IMG/VR virus record: IMGVR_UViG_3300045988_175246 | From: a virus | Reading direction: 5' to 3' (one strand) | Length of the DNA: 64,000 bases | Shown here: one piece after another, positions 37,923 to 47,290 of the stretch | Position numbering within the stretch: position 1 is the first letter of the stretch | Layout of the letters: the number at the start of each line of letters is the position of its first letter | The notes under the pieces: model-generated | The model's input: only the letters and a program-made list of their open reading frames with translations | Told to the model about the DNA's origin: nothing | Databases searched by the model: none | Made by a program: the position numbers and the translations under genes

Positions 37923-38285
37923 ATGTACTCGAAAATCAGCGAAGACACCTATCGGAAACTCATCGACAAACTCGTCAGAATCCCCTACGTGACCGGCGCA
38001 CACGCAACCCGAGCCATCTTCGGAGACGGAATCGAAGTCGCATTCCAACACCGTTACATGGGCAAGCAGGTCGAATACTATCTGGTAGCCGACTCACAAC
38101 GAGACGGCAGACGCTCCTACCGTTGGCGTGGCGGAGTATACACGGTTCCGTCCGCACACTGGATTTTCGATGACGGGGAATGCACTCCCGTGGATTTGCC
38201 GTCGCATAAGCTGGAATCGTTGGATGTTGACGGACTGTATGACGCGATTGTGTCCGATTTAGACAAGGCCATGAGGGAATTGTAG
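37923..38285 (+). CDS. hypothetical protein (120 aa)
   Basis: MYSKISEDTYRKLIDKLVRIPYVTGAHATRAIF...; ATG 37923 inside ORF 37869..38285. Confidence 0.4.
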   Translation: MYSKISEDTYRKLIDKLVRIPYVTGAHATRAIFGDGIEVAFQHRYMGKQVEYYLVADSQRDGRRSYRWRGGVYTVPSAHWIFDDGECTPVDLPSHKLESLDVDGLYDAIVSDLDKAMREL

Positions 38286-38295
38286 GAAAACGAAA

Positions 38296-38670
38296 ATGCG
38301 ATTCACGGACGGCAAGGAAAAGCTGGAAATTAAAATCCACGAAGGTCAGCATTCGTGGGATACGACGGTAGAATTCTTCGACCATTTGACGGCTCCCATT
38401 GTGAATGGGACTCGTCAGGTGGGAAACGTTCGCACTCTACTGACGAACGTGTACAACAGGATTCTAGGCATGTCCGGCTATCCCGCACCGGAAGCCGACA
38501 CTCGGGCAATCTACACCATCACCGACTTGGCTGGAAACATTGTCAAGGAAGGTTCTTTCACTTCGTCCGACAATCCAGCCAACATGTATTGCAGCGGTTG
38601 CGGTTGCCTTCTCAGCGAGGAGAACGAGAACCTTTGCGGTGATACCAGCTGGTGCGATAACTGCTATTGA
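38296..38670 (+). CDS. hypothetical protein with C-terminal Cys cluster
   Basis: MYCSGCGCLLSEENENLCGDTSWCDNCY. Confidence 0.45.
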   Translation: MRFTDGKEKLEIKIHEGQHSWDTTVEFFDHLTAPIVNGTRQVGNVRTLLTNVYNRILGMSGYPAPEADTRAIYTITDLAGNIVKEGSFTSSDNPANMYCSGCGCLLSEENENLCGDTSWCDNCY

Positions 38671-38740
38671 GAAATTGGAAGACTACCGTTTCTACGCTTC
38701 CTTATTGTTCTATCGGATTGTGTTTTGCGCTAATATCATA

Positions 38741-38763
38741 TATACTGGAATTGTTCACACAGC
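38741..38763 (+). promoter_or_regulatory. conserved promoter/leader motif copy 14
   Basis: TATACTGGAATTGTTCACACAGC; ATG 38792. Confidence 0.5.
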
Positions 38764-38791
38764 AAGAAGTTGCATCCTACTAAGGAGAAAA

Positions 38792-39046
38792 ATGAGCAAC
38801 ACCACCACAGAAATCAACTGGCACAACACTCTCCCCCAAAACTTGGAAGGCCACAAGTGCATCGCAGTCACCAAAACCGGTGAAACCATCGAAGGCATAC
38901 TGGAATATCGCACGGCACAACCCGACATGTACGTGAGAATCGATAGCCTCCACCTCCCCGGCGTCAAACCATGGGTTATTGTCAACCAATGCGAATCCGG
39001 CAACGAAATGGGCGAAGAATTCCAGTCCGTGAAAGTGTTCGCCTGA
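38792..39046 (+). CDS. hypothetical small protein (84 aa)
   Basis: MSNTTTEINWHNTLPQNLEGHKCIAVTKTGETIEG... Confidence 0.4.
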   Translation: MSNTTTEINWHNTLPQNLEGHKCIAVTKTGETIEGILEYRTAQPDMYVRIDSLHLPGVKPWVIVNQCESGNEMGEEFQSVKVFA

Positions 39047-39057
39047 AAGGTTCACGA

Positions 39058-39222
39058 ATGAGTAACCACGACTGGGTAGCAACCGACAGTCCCAATAAAA
39101 ACAACACTCACAAGAACAACCGTTCCACTCATAACGGATGGGACGCCGGTAGCGCTTGGAACCCGCAATCCACGAAACGAAACGAATTCGGCATACGCAA
39201 TACCGACTGGAGCAATGACTAG
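39058..39222 (+). CDS. hypothetical N/T/W-rich small protein (54 aa)
   Basis: ATG 39058 in ORF 38971..39222. Confidence 0.25.
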   Translation: MSNHDWVATDSPNKNNTHKNNRSTHNGWDAGSAWNPQSTKRNEFGIRNTDWSND

Positions 39223-39259
39223 CTCCCACGTCAAAAAACGTTAGACCAAAAGGAGAAAA

Positions 39260-39582
39260 ATGAACAGCGACTACATGAGTATCTGACCACCTCAGCCAAA
39301 AACGACCCTGAACTGAACGAGCATGACAAGGAAACCGTATTGGCTTTCCTGAAACGACTCGACACCAACCCCGACAAGTATGCGGTAGCCCCAAGAACAA
39401 TCGCCTATTTGGACGAGGAGTCTTTGGCGGATGCTGACATCACAGCCGAAACCCTCAAGAAGTTCGACATGAGCGTGCCACAATTCTTGGACGAGTGGTG
39501 GGAAAACGTCTGGGGTAGCACTACTATTGAGGACGATTGCCTTGAGGGACTACGAAGTTCTAGAACTTCACGAAGTCAGTAG
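39260..39582 (+). pseudogene. small gene with apparent frameshift near its 5' end
   Basis: RBS aaaaggagaaaa + ATG 39260 gives MNSDYMSI-stop; the protein-like frame (HEYLTTSAKNDPELNEHDKETVLAFLKRLDTNPDK..., ORF 39340..39582) has no ATG start and overlaps by one nt. Confidence 0.3.
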
Positions 39583-39652
39583 ATGATACCAGAATGCCCG
39601 TGGAAAACGACTTCCACGGGCATTCTCGTCTCAATTTTTGGAAGGAGCGCGA

Positions 39653-39868
39653 ATGCCCCACTACTTGTTGGACGCGGCTAATGACGCGACTGAACTCCCA
39701 TCCGCAGACTTGGATAACATCCAGTCGATTCTGCGTACCACGCCTACTCTTGATTCGGAAGCGCCCGTGTTGGCTTGCGAGATTCTGGATGCTTGGGACG
39801 AGGATTGTAGGATTCTTCGCCGCCGCCCTAGACTGGTGTTGCTGAATGTTGAGGAGCCGGAATTCTAA
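39653..39868 (+). CDS. hypothetical small acidic protein (71 aa)
   Basis: RBS ggaagga + ATG 39653; MPHYLLDAANDATELPSADLDNIQSIL... Confidence 0.4.
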   Translation: MPHYLLDAANDATELPSADLDNIQSILRTTPTLDSEAPVLACEILDAWDEDCRILRRRPRLVLLNVEEPEF

Positions 39869-39910
39869 GTGTGGGAAGGTGGTTTTTCGTTCTTTGCACT
39901 ACCCTGTTGT

Positions 39911-39940
39911 GTTAGAGTGAGATAGCCCACACCAAAAAAG
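39911..39940 (+). promoter_or_regulatory. degenerate copy of the conserved promoter/leader motif (copy 15)
   Basis: GTTAGAGTGAGATAGCCCACACCAAAAAA; ATG 39949. Confidence 0.3.
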
Positions 39941-39948
39941 GAAAACCA

Positions 39949-40194
39949 ATGGCCTTAAAAGAACTTCCCTATCAAGACGGAATCAACTGGAAAGAATTCG
40001 AAGGCAAGTCCGCGATATTCAAATGGAACGGCAAACCCATGGCCGGAACCCTCTACTTGGACGGTTTCAGCAATCTCGCAGTTCGTGAACTGTCCGGTTA
40101 CATGCCGGTCTTATATATTTGGCCGGATGATACGAGTCATGTCAACGTCGAGCGTGTGACGGATTTTCATGTGTTCGAGTTCGTTGAGGATTAG
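39949..40194 (+). CDS. hypothetical small protein (81 aa)
   Basis: MALKELPYQDGINWKEFEGKSAIFKWNGKPMAG... Confidence 0.4.
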   Translation: MALKELPYQDGINWKEFEGKSAIFKWNGKPMAGTLYLDGFSNLAVRELSGYMPVLYIWPDDTSHVNVERVTDFHVFEFVED

Positions 40195-40624
40195 TGTAGT
40201 TCGGGACGCTGGCACTGCGGCTTCTATTCCCATTCCGGGGACAATCCGAACGTATTATCCCGGCTTCGATATTTGGTTCAACCGCACGGTTCTCCCCTCA
40301 TTAGGGAAAGGCCGTGCGATTCTTTTAGCCCGCATAAACGGTGAGTTGGCGGGGTTTTGCGTTCTCAAGAGAAATCCGTCTGAACGGAAGATTTGCACCT
40401 TGTATGTTTTCAAGGCTTTCCGAAATCGAGGGGTCGGTTCCTCGCTGGTCGAATATGCATTGAAATTGCTGGACGAACGGTTCCCTCTGGTGACAGTGCC
40501 GGAAGAGTTGTTGCCGCTGTATGAGGGTTTCTTCCGTCGTTTTGGTTTTCGTCTGTCCGGCTCGCGTGTGGGTTTGTATCGGGTTGGGAAGAGGGAGTTC
40601 TTTTTTAATCGAACGCTGGCTTAG
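40169..40624 (+). CDS. GNAT-family N-acetyltransferase
   Basis: Motif A region CTLYVFKAFRNRGVGSSLVEYAL; 151 aa. Confidence 0.6.
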   Translation: MCSSSLRISVVRDAGTAASIPIPGTIRTYYPGFDIWFNRTVLPSLGKGRAILLARINGELAGFCVLKRNPSERKICTLYVFKAFRNRGVGSSLVEYALKLLDERFPLVTVPEELLPLYEGFFRRFGFRLSGSRVGLYRVGKREFFFNRTLA

Positions 40625-40657
40625 GTTTGCGTGTTGCGTTTTTCTACCCCCTTGTGT

Positions 40658-40680
40658 TATAGTGGGATTGTTCACAACAA
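40658..40680 (+). promoter_or_regulatory. conserved promoter/leader motif copy 16 (TATAGTGGGATTGTTCACAACAA)
   Basis: gene start 40714 (TTG). Confidence 0.45.
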
Positions 40681-40713
40681 AAAACAAAGACAAAACCCAA
40701 AAAGAAGGACGCA

Positions 40714-41085
40714 TTGAATCAAGCAACTGGCATCGGCAAACGAATCCTCTTCGATGACCACCCAACTCGCGCGGTATACGACACTGAGGAACTGCCAGCA
40801 TATGACTCCTATGCGCTTTACCGCGTATACCTGCGTTCTTGGCAACGACATTCCTGCCGACCGGGAACCGAGGATACTCCCATGTTCGACGTAATATGCC
40901 CGGCAAGATGGTGCCGTTGGATTGCTCACGTCAGCATTCTGAACTATTTGGACGGCATAAGCTGGTTGGCTTGGCCGGTGGAAGGTGGCGTCAGTTGGCG
41001 GCATAGGACAATCGACCCTTATTCCGTCCACTATTCCACCGATACACATATTCCGGTAATCGACTTGCGCGAAAGCGAAGAATAG
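40714..41085 (+). CDS. hypothetical protein (123 aa)
   Basis: W/C-containing; ...VICPARWCRWIAHVSILNYLDGISWLAWPVEGGVSW... Confidence 0.4.
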   Translation: MNQATGIGKRILFDDHPTRAVYDTEELPAYDSYALYRVYLRSWQRHSCRPGTEDTPMFDVICPARWCRWIAHVSILNYLDGISWLAWPVEGGVSWRHRTIDPYSVHYSTDTHIPVIDLRESEE

Positions 41086-41093
41086 GAGAGAAC

Positions 41094-41489
41094 ATGTCCG
41101 ACACTCAGAACACGTCCCGATTCTCAAACGAAGGCGTCACCTACACGAAGCATCAGAACAATGCGGCGCTTAGCATGAGTCCCGCCGAAGATTCGACCAT
41201 GCGCCGACTGGGATTCACCGACCACCGTGAGGAGTATTGGTACCTCTGCCGTTCAGTCTCCCCCGACCATGACATGACATTGAATGTCGAGATTGCCAAG
41301 GACGGTAGCGACTGGCAGATAGACGTGTTGGACGAGAACTTCTGCCAACCCTACGACTACCAGTATTTACTCAACGTGAACCCGACGTTGGATTATCCCA
41401 ACAAGGTGGCTGACGAATGCGAGAAATGGTTCCGGAAACTATCCGAATGGGGTTTGCTACACGGCTGGCATGAGGGAATGTACGTCTGA
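41094..41489 (+). CDS. hypothetical protein (131 aa)
   Basis: MSDTQNTSRFSNEGVTYTKHQNNAALSMSPAED... Confidence 0.45.
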   Translation: MSDTQNTSRFSNEGVTYTKHQNNAALSMSPAEDSTMRRLGFTDHREEYWYLCRSVSPDHDMTLNVEIAKDGSDWQIDVLDENFCQPYDYQYLLNVNPTLDYPNKVADECEKWFRKLSEWGLLHGWHEGMYV

Positions 41490-41512
41490 AAAAACAGAAA
41501 GGAAAACAAAAA

Positions 41513-41782
41513 ATGAGCATTCTCAACGAAGAACTGGAAGAACGGTATCCCATCGAGGAAGGCGACTGCATCACGCTCACACGGGAACAGTTGGCGTTAC
41601 AGTTGCGTCGCGCATACAAGGCGGGTGCGACCCGCGACTATAAGCGCACTCCGCACGGGCATACGGAACTGGTGGAGATTATCGGAAACCTCCAAGACTC
41701 CCACTTATTGCCTGATGGCACGGACTTCGAGGATGTCGTAAGAACAGTTCTGGACGGGCGTGTCAAGGCCATCACCAAATAG
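41513..41782 (+). CDS. hypothetical small protein (89 aa)
   Basis: MSILNEELEERYPIEEGDCITLTREQLALQLRRAYKAG... Confidence 0.45.
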   Translation: MSILNEELEERYPIEEGDCITLTREQLALQLRRAYKAGATRDYKRTPHGHTELVEIIGNLQDSHLLPDGTDFEDVVRTVLDGRVKAITK

Positions 41783-41786
41783 GCGT

Positions 41787-41809
41787 TATACTAGAAACGT
41801 CCACACATT
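41787..41809 (+). promoter_or_regulatory. conserved promoter/leader motif copy 17 (TATACTAGAAACGTCCACACATT)
   Basis: ATG 41833. Confidence 0.45.
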
Positions 41810-41832
41810 CACTTATCCAAGGAGACCACACC

Positions 41833-42417
41833 ATGAGCTGGGACAAATACCAAAGTCGAGACCCCAGAAGAATCGACCCAATGAAAACACCACTCTACGA
41901 TTACGTGGTCTTGGATACCGAAACCACCGGCTTCAAACCCGAAAACGGGGCTAAACTCATCGAAATCGGAGCCGTGAAAATCCATGACGGAAAACTCGTA
42001 GACCGATACGAGCAACTGATTGACCCACACCAGCCAATCCCCGAATACATCACCTCGCTCACCGGAATCAACGACAGCATGGTCATCGGACAACCCGACG
42101 TAAGCCAAGCCATCATCCGATTCGACAAGTGGCTTGGCCCGCGAACCATCATCATGGCGCATAACGCGTCATTCGATTTAAGTTTCTTGGACGCGGCCAT
42201 GAAAACCGTGAACGGTGGAATGTTCTTCTTTCCACACCGGTTCGTGGACACGTTGGAAATGAGCCGGAAAATCCATCCCGAAAAGCCAAGCCATAAGGTT
42301 GCCGTGCTTATCCGCGACTATGGTATCGGTGACGTGGAAGAGCATCGCGCCTTGTCCGACGCGACTCAGGAAAACATGCTGTATGAAGCCATGCGCAGAG
42401 AGGAATTTGGCCGCTAA
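41833..42417 (+). CDS. DnaQ-like (DNA polymerase III epsilon family) DEDDh 3'-5' exonuclease
   Basis: Exo I VVLDTETTG, Exo II AHNASFDLSFL, Exo III HRALSDA. Confidence 0.8.
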   Translation: MSWDKYQSRDPRRIDPMKTPLYDYVVLDTETTGFKPENGAKLIEIGAVKIHDGKLVDRYEQLIDPHQPIPEYITSLTGINDSMVIGQPDVSQAIIRFDKWLGPRTIIMAHNASFDLSFLDAAMKTVNGGMFFFPHRFVDTLEMSRKIHPEKPSHKVAVLIRDYGIGDVEEHRALSDATQENMLYEAMRREEFGR

Positions 42418-42675
42418 ATGGGATACGAGGACATGTTCAGTCCCGAATGCAGGGACTATCTGAAATCACGCAAGCCGTCGCAACGGGAGCGGGAGATAGC
42501 GAAGCTTGAGAAACAGGCCGACAAGAAGCATGACATGTATGGCAACAAAACCCTCTACGAAGTCTCAGGAGAGGTTGCGGCCATCTACGAAAGCCAGAAG
42601 GCGTTGCGCTTGAGGTTGGAAAGCATCGAGGAAAAACTGGACGAACTCTTAAGGACTCAGAAAGGACTGGGGTGA
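42418..42675 (+). CDS. hypothetical small coiled-coil protein (85 aa)
   Basis: ...EREIAKLEKQADKKHDMYGNK...LRLRLESIEEKLDELLRTQ. Confidence 0.4.
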   Translation: MGYEDMFSPECRDYLKSRKPSQREREIAKLEKQADKKHDMYGNKTLYEVSGEVAAIYESQKALRLRLESIEEKLDELLRTQKGLG

Positions 42676-43241
42676 GAAACCTTCTTACATGCCCATGCTG
42701 TAACAGCATTCCCGAATTTAAGTATCGGGCTAAATCTGAACTCCACTGCACTTGGGACGACGAGCAATATTTTCTGCCGAAAGGTTGGGGATACTCCCAC
42801 TTTTGTCCAGTGGATAATGGTTTGCAAACATCTGGCGGAGTCGGCTTCCAAACCTTGCACGACGCACAGCGCGACTGGAACTGTAAGGTTGGAAGTTTTC
42901 TCCGTAACCCGCTGAACAGTTTCCACTCGTCCATCGAGACCGGTGCGGAACTGCTGACCGAATTAGATGATTGTTTCGTTGGGCAGCGAATTCAGCTTGG
43001 CGACCGGATATTATTGAGTCGGCGTTCTCTAACCGTTCGAGGTATCGTGCAGTTCATCCAACGGGACAGTGTTGGCGAAATCAGCGTCATCCTGCGGGAT
43101 ACGGACACCATCAAGTATGTGATTTATTCGCCGGTCTGGGAGCGTCGGAAGTACATGTTCTCGTATTATATCGAAAGGCGAATGCATTGGATAAAAAAGC
43201 CGAAAGGCTCCTCTGCGACGCATACCATCGTGGACGCTTAG
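42672..43241 (+). CDS. hypothetical Cys-containing protein (gene model uncertain)
   Basis: MRNLLTCPCCNSIPEFKYRAKSELHCTWDDEQYF...; an overlapping frame 42971..43390 ends with a protein-like segment (MSLIDNGYADYWRTLLGHEAIRLTDHGLGAARKLESDY), so a frameshift or second short gene is possible. Confidence 0.3.
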   Translation: MRNLLTCPCCNSIPEFKYRAKSELHCTWDDEQYFLPKGWGYSHFCPVDNGLQTSGGVGFQTLHDAQRDWNCKVGSFLRNPLNSFHSSIETGAELLTELDDCFVGQRIQLGDRILLSRRSLTVRGIVQFIQRDSVGEISVILRDTDTIKYVIYSPVWERRKYMFSYYIERRMHWIKKPKGSSATHTIVDA

Positions 43242-43419
43242 CGGAGGTTAACGAACATAATCAGGACGCGGCTATGTCCCTTATCGATAACGGGTATGCC
43301 GACTATTGGCGTACTCTGTTGGGACACGAGGCCATCAGGCTGACCGACCACGGGCTTGGTGCCGCACGGAAACTGGAGTCGGATTACTGATTTTCCAGCG
43401 TTTTTAAAGACTGGATTGT

Positions 43420-43442
43420 TATACTGGAACAGTGGGCACAAT
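43420..43442 (+). promoter_or_regulatory. conserved promoter motif copy 18 (TATACTGGAAC...) followed by a perfect hairpin in the leader
   Basis: TATACTGG then CAGTGGGCAC-aatact-GTGCCCACTG + TTTTCTT at 43429-43465, before RBS aggagga and ATG 43482. Confidence 0.45.
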
Positions 43443-43481
43443 ACTGTGCCCACTGTTTTCTTATTCTCAGGAGGAACCGGG

Positions 43482-43742
43482 ATGACCCAGCATAGCGACA
43501 AAAGCCACAAGAACAAGAAGGTCGTGGTCATTGAGAAGGTGCGGGACAAGTATGGTTCCGTCATCGCTTTGAAGGTTGTATTGTATCGTCGGCATGATAG
43601 TGAGAATGGGAAGGTTTGGGACATGAAGCGTTCTCATACGTTCAGTGCGGCTTTCAGTCGTCGTGCTTGTAGGGAACAGGCGAAGACGTTGGCTCGTCAG
43701 TGGGCCGATAAGTATGGTGCGAAGGTTGTGAAGAGGGGGTAG
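43482..43742 (+). CDS. hypothetical small basic protein (86 aa)
   Basis: MTQHSDKSHKNKKVVVIEKVRDKYGSVIALKVVLYRRHD... Confidence 0.45.
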   Translation: MTQHSDKSHKNKKVVVIEKVRDKYGSVIALKVVLYRRHDSENGKVWDMKRSHTFSAAFSRRACREQAKTLARQWADKYGAKVVKRG

Positions 43743-43765
43743 TTGTCCTCTCTGATGGTTTATGT

Positions 43766-43788
43766 TATACTGGGGGTGTTCACATAAA
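43766..43788 (+). promoter_or_regulatory. conserved promoter/leader motif copy 19 (TATACTGGGGGTGTTCACATAAA)
   Basis: followed by 27-aa ORF 43814..43897 (MKNIDPYELMHDWDWNTAVLLLPFAEQ), then gene 43913. Confidence 0.45.
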
Positions 43789-43912
43789 AACCATTCCAAA
43801 AAAGGAGAACACCATGAAAAACATCGACCCATACGAACTCATGCACGATTGGGATTGGAATACTGCCGTATTACTACTTCCTTTTGCTGAACAGTAAGAG
43901 GAGACGGACATC

Positions 43913-44539
43913 ATGCACAGCTTATACAAGACCGCAGGTAAATGCACTCTGAACCGAAGCAAAGTCCGCTACCCCAACAAAAGGGAAGCCCAACTCGCAT
44001 TGGCTGTCATCAAAGGACGAGGAAATCCGAAACACACTGAGAAACGCGCATACCATTGCCCCATATGCCACGGATGGCATCTGACCAGCGCCGAAACCGT
44101 TAATGATACAGTCCTGTCCGGGAGCGTGCTCCAACACACCAATCCAGACGCGTTCGACACAGGAATGAAAGCGTTCCTCTCTGGTTCCAAACGCGGCAAA
44201 TATTCCGCAAGCAAAGCCAGCCTGACCCGACGTGTCCGACATTTGCTCCACTTGTTCGCGGCTAACGATATTCCGAATGACTCTTGGGACAATCCATGGT
44301 TGTGGGCAACTCTTAGATTCCAAATCATGTGGAGGGGTGGAGACCAGAAGGCCGAACAGCTTCTATCCACTTCGAAGAAAACGGTCAAAATGGCGGGCGA
44401 CATGCTCGCCGAAGACAAGGAGCCGTTCCTTCGCGTGGCTGAAACCCGGAAGGAAGCACAGAAATTACAGAATACACCGCTACCGGCATGGTTGGCCGTC
44501 GCACTGATGGCCGACAAGGGAAAGGAGCAGAAAGTTTGA
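43913..44539 (+). CDS. hypothetical protein (208 aa) with CPICHGWH motif
   Basis: EKRAYHCPICHGWHLTSAETVNDTVL...; RBS gaggagacgg. Confidence 0.45.
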   Translation: MHSLYKTAGKCTLNRSKVRYPNKREAQLALAVIKGRGNPKHTEKRAYHCPICHGWHLTSAETVNDTVLSGSVLQHTNPDAFDTGMKAFLSGSKRGKYSASKASLTRRVRHLLHLFAANDIPNDSWDNPWLWATLRFQIMWRGGDQKAEQLLSTSKKTVKMAGDMLAEDKEPFLRVAETRKEAQKLQNTPLPAWLAVALMADKGKEQKV

Positions 44540-44715
44540 ACGAAAACGAACTGAAAGAAAGGGCCGTACACTCATTGCTCCAATCGAAGCTTGGTAAAGT
44601 CGCTCCGGCGGAAGCGTTTGTCATCGGATGGCGGAAAGGCTGGGACGAGGCTATCGACATGGCTTTGGAAATCCTTCGCAATGAACTCGATAAAGATGGC
44701 GAGAACGAATCGTGA
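44536..44715 (+). CDS. hypothetical small protein (59 aa, TTG start)
   Basis: (M)NENELKERAVHSLLQSKLGKVAPAEAFVIGWRKGWDEAIDMALEIL... Confidence 0.3.
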   Translation: MNENELKERAVHSLLQSKLGKVAPAEAFVIGWRKGWDEAIDMALEILRNELDKDGENES

Positions 44716-44984
44716 TTTGTTCCAAATACACATGCATGTTGTGCGGAAGAGTCACCGACTTGGACACCGGCTACAAGTACATCATCTCCGTCGTCCAAAC
44801 AGGCGGTCACGGTCGATGCTCATACGCTCGAACATTGGTCATCTGCCAGCATTGCATGCGCACGCATAAAACCGTCATGACCTTGCAACGCAAATCCTTG
44901 AATGAGGAAAACGTTCTTGAATTCCACAGGCCACCGAAAACCCGAAAAACGTCCACCAAGAAAACCAGCGAGAAGAAAGGCTGA
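44712..44984 (+). CDS. hypothetical Cys-rich small protein (zinc-ribbon-like)
   Basis: CSKYTCMLCGRVTDLD...GGHGRCSYARTLVICQHCMRTH. Confidence 0.4.
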   Translation: MICSKYTCMLCGRVTDLDTGYKYIISVVQTGGHGRCSYARTLVICQHCMRTHKTVMTLQRKSLNEENVLEFHRPPKTRKTSTKKTSEKKG

Positions 44985-44992
44985 ACCGTTTT

Positions 44993-45877
44993 ATGGACAC
45001 TAGTGAAAAGCAGATTATCGGAGAGAACGCCAAATACGTTTCCGACACCATCCCGCAGGAAACCAAGGATGGGCTTCGCGCCCATTTGAAGCCCGGATAC
45101 GCCATGCCGGACGGCACCCATTATGCGACAGGCATGGATTACACGGAACTTATGCGCAATCTGCGCAACATCCAATACTGTGGCTGTCCGCTCTGCCACG
45201 ACACGCAGTCCGGATTGGAAACCATTCTCGCGACCAGCGGCATGACCGTCCGTGAGCTTGCCGAGGAAATCGCATGCGACGAATACGATTCGTATTCTGT
45301 CTCTGAAATCCGCGACCTTGACCCGGAACAGTTGAAGCCAGTGGACGAGATTATCGAGGATATCAACCGTTGGAGCCACGACCAGCATGCGCTCGAACAC
45401 GCTTCCTTCGGCACTGTCAGGCTTCTGTCCGTCTACTTGAACGTCAGCCTCGACCAGATGTACGACGAATTGGATTATCAGACGCTCATCTACACGCCAT
45501 GGGAGGAGGACTCCCACATTCACGGCTATGTGACGGTCATCCGTTACAAGGACGGAAAGTATGAGGTGGATGTTCCGGAATGCCGATACCAGTGCGACGA
45601 AATGTATTGGAACGCGCGTCGCAAGATGGAAGAATCCAACACTCCCATCACGTTGGATGTTCTGCGTAGCGAACCGTGGAGCAAGGAGCATCGCACTCCC
45701 GTGGCATTGCCGGAACAGTATCGTGGCAAACAGTATCATCTGGGAGACCCTTACAGCCTGTCATTGCTGGACAAGCTGGCCTCACATGATGTTCCGGTGG
45801 ACGAGAGAGTTCTTATCGCCCTCGAACTGGAGGAACAGTTCCCGTTGCGGTTGACTCCACTGTCCGAAAAGGACTGA
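44993..45877 (+). CDS. hypothetical protein (294 aa)
   Basis: Contains CGCPLCHD and CRYQCDEMYW Cys pairs; 310-aa antisense ORF 44807..45739 rejected. Confidence 0.5.
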   Translation: MDTSEKQIIGENAKYVSDTIPQETKDGLRAHLKPGYAMPDGTHYATGMDYTELMRNLRNIQYCGCPLCHDTQSGLETILATSGMTVRELAEEIACDEYDSYSVSEIRDLDPEQLKPVDEIIEDINRWSHDQHALEHASFGTVRLLSVYLNVSLDQMYDELDYQTLIYTPWEEDSHIHGYVTVIRYKDGKYEVDVPECRYQCDEMYWNARRKMEESNTPITLDVLRSEPWSKEHRTPVALPEQYRGKQYHLGDPYSLSLLDKLASHDVPVDERVLIALELEEQFPLRLTPLSEKD

Positions 45878-45937
45878 CATTTTCTAGGGAGAAGCCGATA
45901 GCAGCCTCTCCCTCTCTTAGTCAAGAAAGGAAACCCG

Positions 45938-46993
45938 ATGGTTAGAAAAATGGTGAGCGTTCAAAAGATTGAGAGAGTGTATCCCATTGAGAACGCAGAC
46001 CGTATCGAGAAGATTCGCATTGGCGGTTGGATTGTCGTAGTAGGCAAGGACATGGGATTAAAGCCCGGCGACCATGTGGCCTATTACGAAATCGACTCCA
46101 TGCTGCCCGCCGACGACCCACGCTATACGGACTTGCAGAAGCGTGGTCAGCGTACCGTTCCCGTGTCCAACACGATTACCGGCGAAGAGAAGGAAATCAC
46201 CGGACACGTGCTACGTACCGCGCGACTGCGCGGAGTGTACAGTCAAGGACTAGTCATGCCGCTTTCAACGATTGGCGTACCGGAGGACACTCCCATCGGC
46301 ACTGATATCACCTTACAGGCGGACGTATGGAAGTATGAGGAACTGCCACCATTGAAAGGCGGTGACATGGTTGGTGCTTTCAACGCGCCATGCTCCAAGT
46401 CCGACGCCACGCGAGTGCAGAATCTCACCGCGTATTGGGATGAAATCAAACGGATTGCGTGGACGCCAACCGTGAAAGTGGATGGTACCAGCACCACAAT
46501 CTACCGTGATATGGATGATATGGTTCACGTCTACTCTCGCAATTGGGAGTTGAAGCCGGAATGCGCGAACATGCAGGTGGCGGTGAAAACCGGATTGGTT
46601 GACGCGTTGGAGAAGGGCATGGTCTGCCAGTTCGAGCTGTGCGGCCCAAGTGTCAACGGCAACAGGTTGAAGCTGGCGTCCTATCGTCCATTCGTGTTCG
46701 CCGTATGGCGTGACAATATGAAACTCGACCGTAGGGATTGGCCGAAAGCCATGCTTGACAACGCCGTCCCACTCTTGGATGAAACCGAGTGGAAGCCGAC
46801 CGGCGATGTGATGGACATGATTGCCAAAGTGGACGGTCTGCGCGGCAACGTGACCCGCGACTTGTTGGACGAAGGAATCGTCTGGCATGCGAAAGCGGGC
46901 GAACGGTTGAGCGACGGCCTGTACAACGAGCTTGGCAGCAACCGTTGCTTTAAAATCATCAACAACAAGTATCTGACCAAGCATGGTCTTTGA
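45938..46993 (+). CDS. ATP-dependent RNA ligase-like nucleotidyltransferase
   Basis: N-terminal VSVQKIERVYPIENADRIEKIRIGGWIVVVGK segment; nucleotidyltransferase motif I WTPTVKVDGTS (KxDG, presumptive adenylated lysine); 351 aa. Confidence 0.55.
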   Translation: MVRKMVSVQKIERVYPIENADRIEKIRIGGWIVVVGKDMGLKPGDHVAYYEIDSMLPADDPRYTDLQKRGQRTVPVSNTITGEEKEITGHVLRTARLRGVYSQGLVMPLSTIGVPEDTPIGTDITLQADVWKYEELPPLKGGDMVGAFNAPCSKSDATRVQNLTAYWDEIKRIAWTPTVKVDGTSTTIYRDMDDMVHVYSRNWELKPECANMQVAVKTGLVDALEKGMVCQFELCGPSVNGNRLKLASYRPFVFAVWRDNMKLDRRDWPKAMLDNAVPLLDETEWKPTGDVMDMIAKVDGLRGNVTRDLLDEGIVWHAKAGERLSDGLYNELGSNRCFKIINNKYLTKHGL

Positions 46994-47065
46994 TGTCGAA
47001 TAGGGGTCTGGGCTTACTTTTGTGTTCAGACCCCTGTTTCGTCTTTCATATCATTCCTGTCTTGT

Positions 47066-47088
47066 TATACTGGGGATGTTTGCAAATG
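47066..47088 (+). promoter_or_regulatory. conserved promoter/leader motif copy 20 (TATACTGGGGATGTTTGCAAATG)
   Basis: preceded by hairpin GGGTCTG...CAGACCC; first gene 47093. Confidence 0.4.
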
Positions 47089-47092
47089 CCGG

Positions 47093-47290
47093 ATGAAACA
47101 AAGAAGTGGCGAATTGAATATCTCCAACATGTCGGAAGAGACGATAGAAGAAAACCTACCCGACCTGTCCCCGCATTTAGAGGATGGGTTCAGTCTGAAA
47201 CAGCTTGAAACACTCCACGATTATGCCATGGAAGCTTTCAAGGCCGGAATCGAATACGCCAACAACAATCAAAAAGGAGCCACAAATTGA
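47093..47290 (+). CDS. hypothetical small acidic protein (65 aa)
   Basis: MKQRSGELNISNMSEETIEENLPDLSPHLEDGFSLKQLETLHDYAMEAF... Confidence 0.35.
   Translation: MKQRSGELNISNMSEETIEENLPDLSPHLEDGFSLKQLETLHDYAMEAFKAGIEYANNNQKGATN

Noticed and set aside
44807-46984. Long minus-strand ORFs (310 aa at 44807..45739; 223 aa at 46313..46984)
   Set aside because: Antisense to 44993..45877 and to the RNA-ligase gene, which carry recognisable motifs and RBS/start context.
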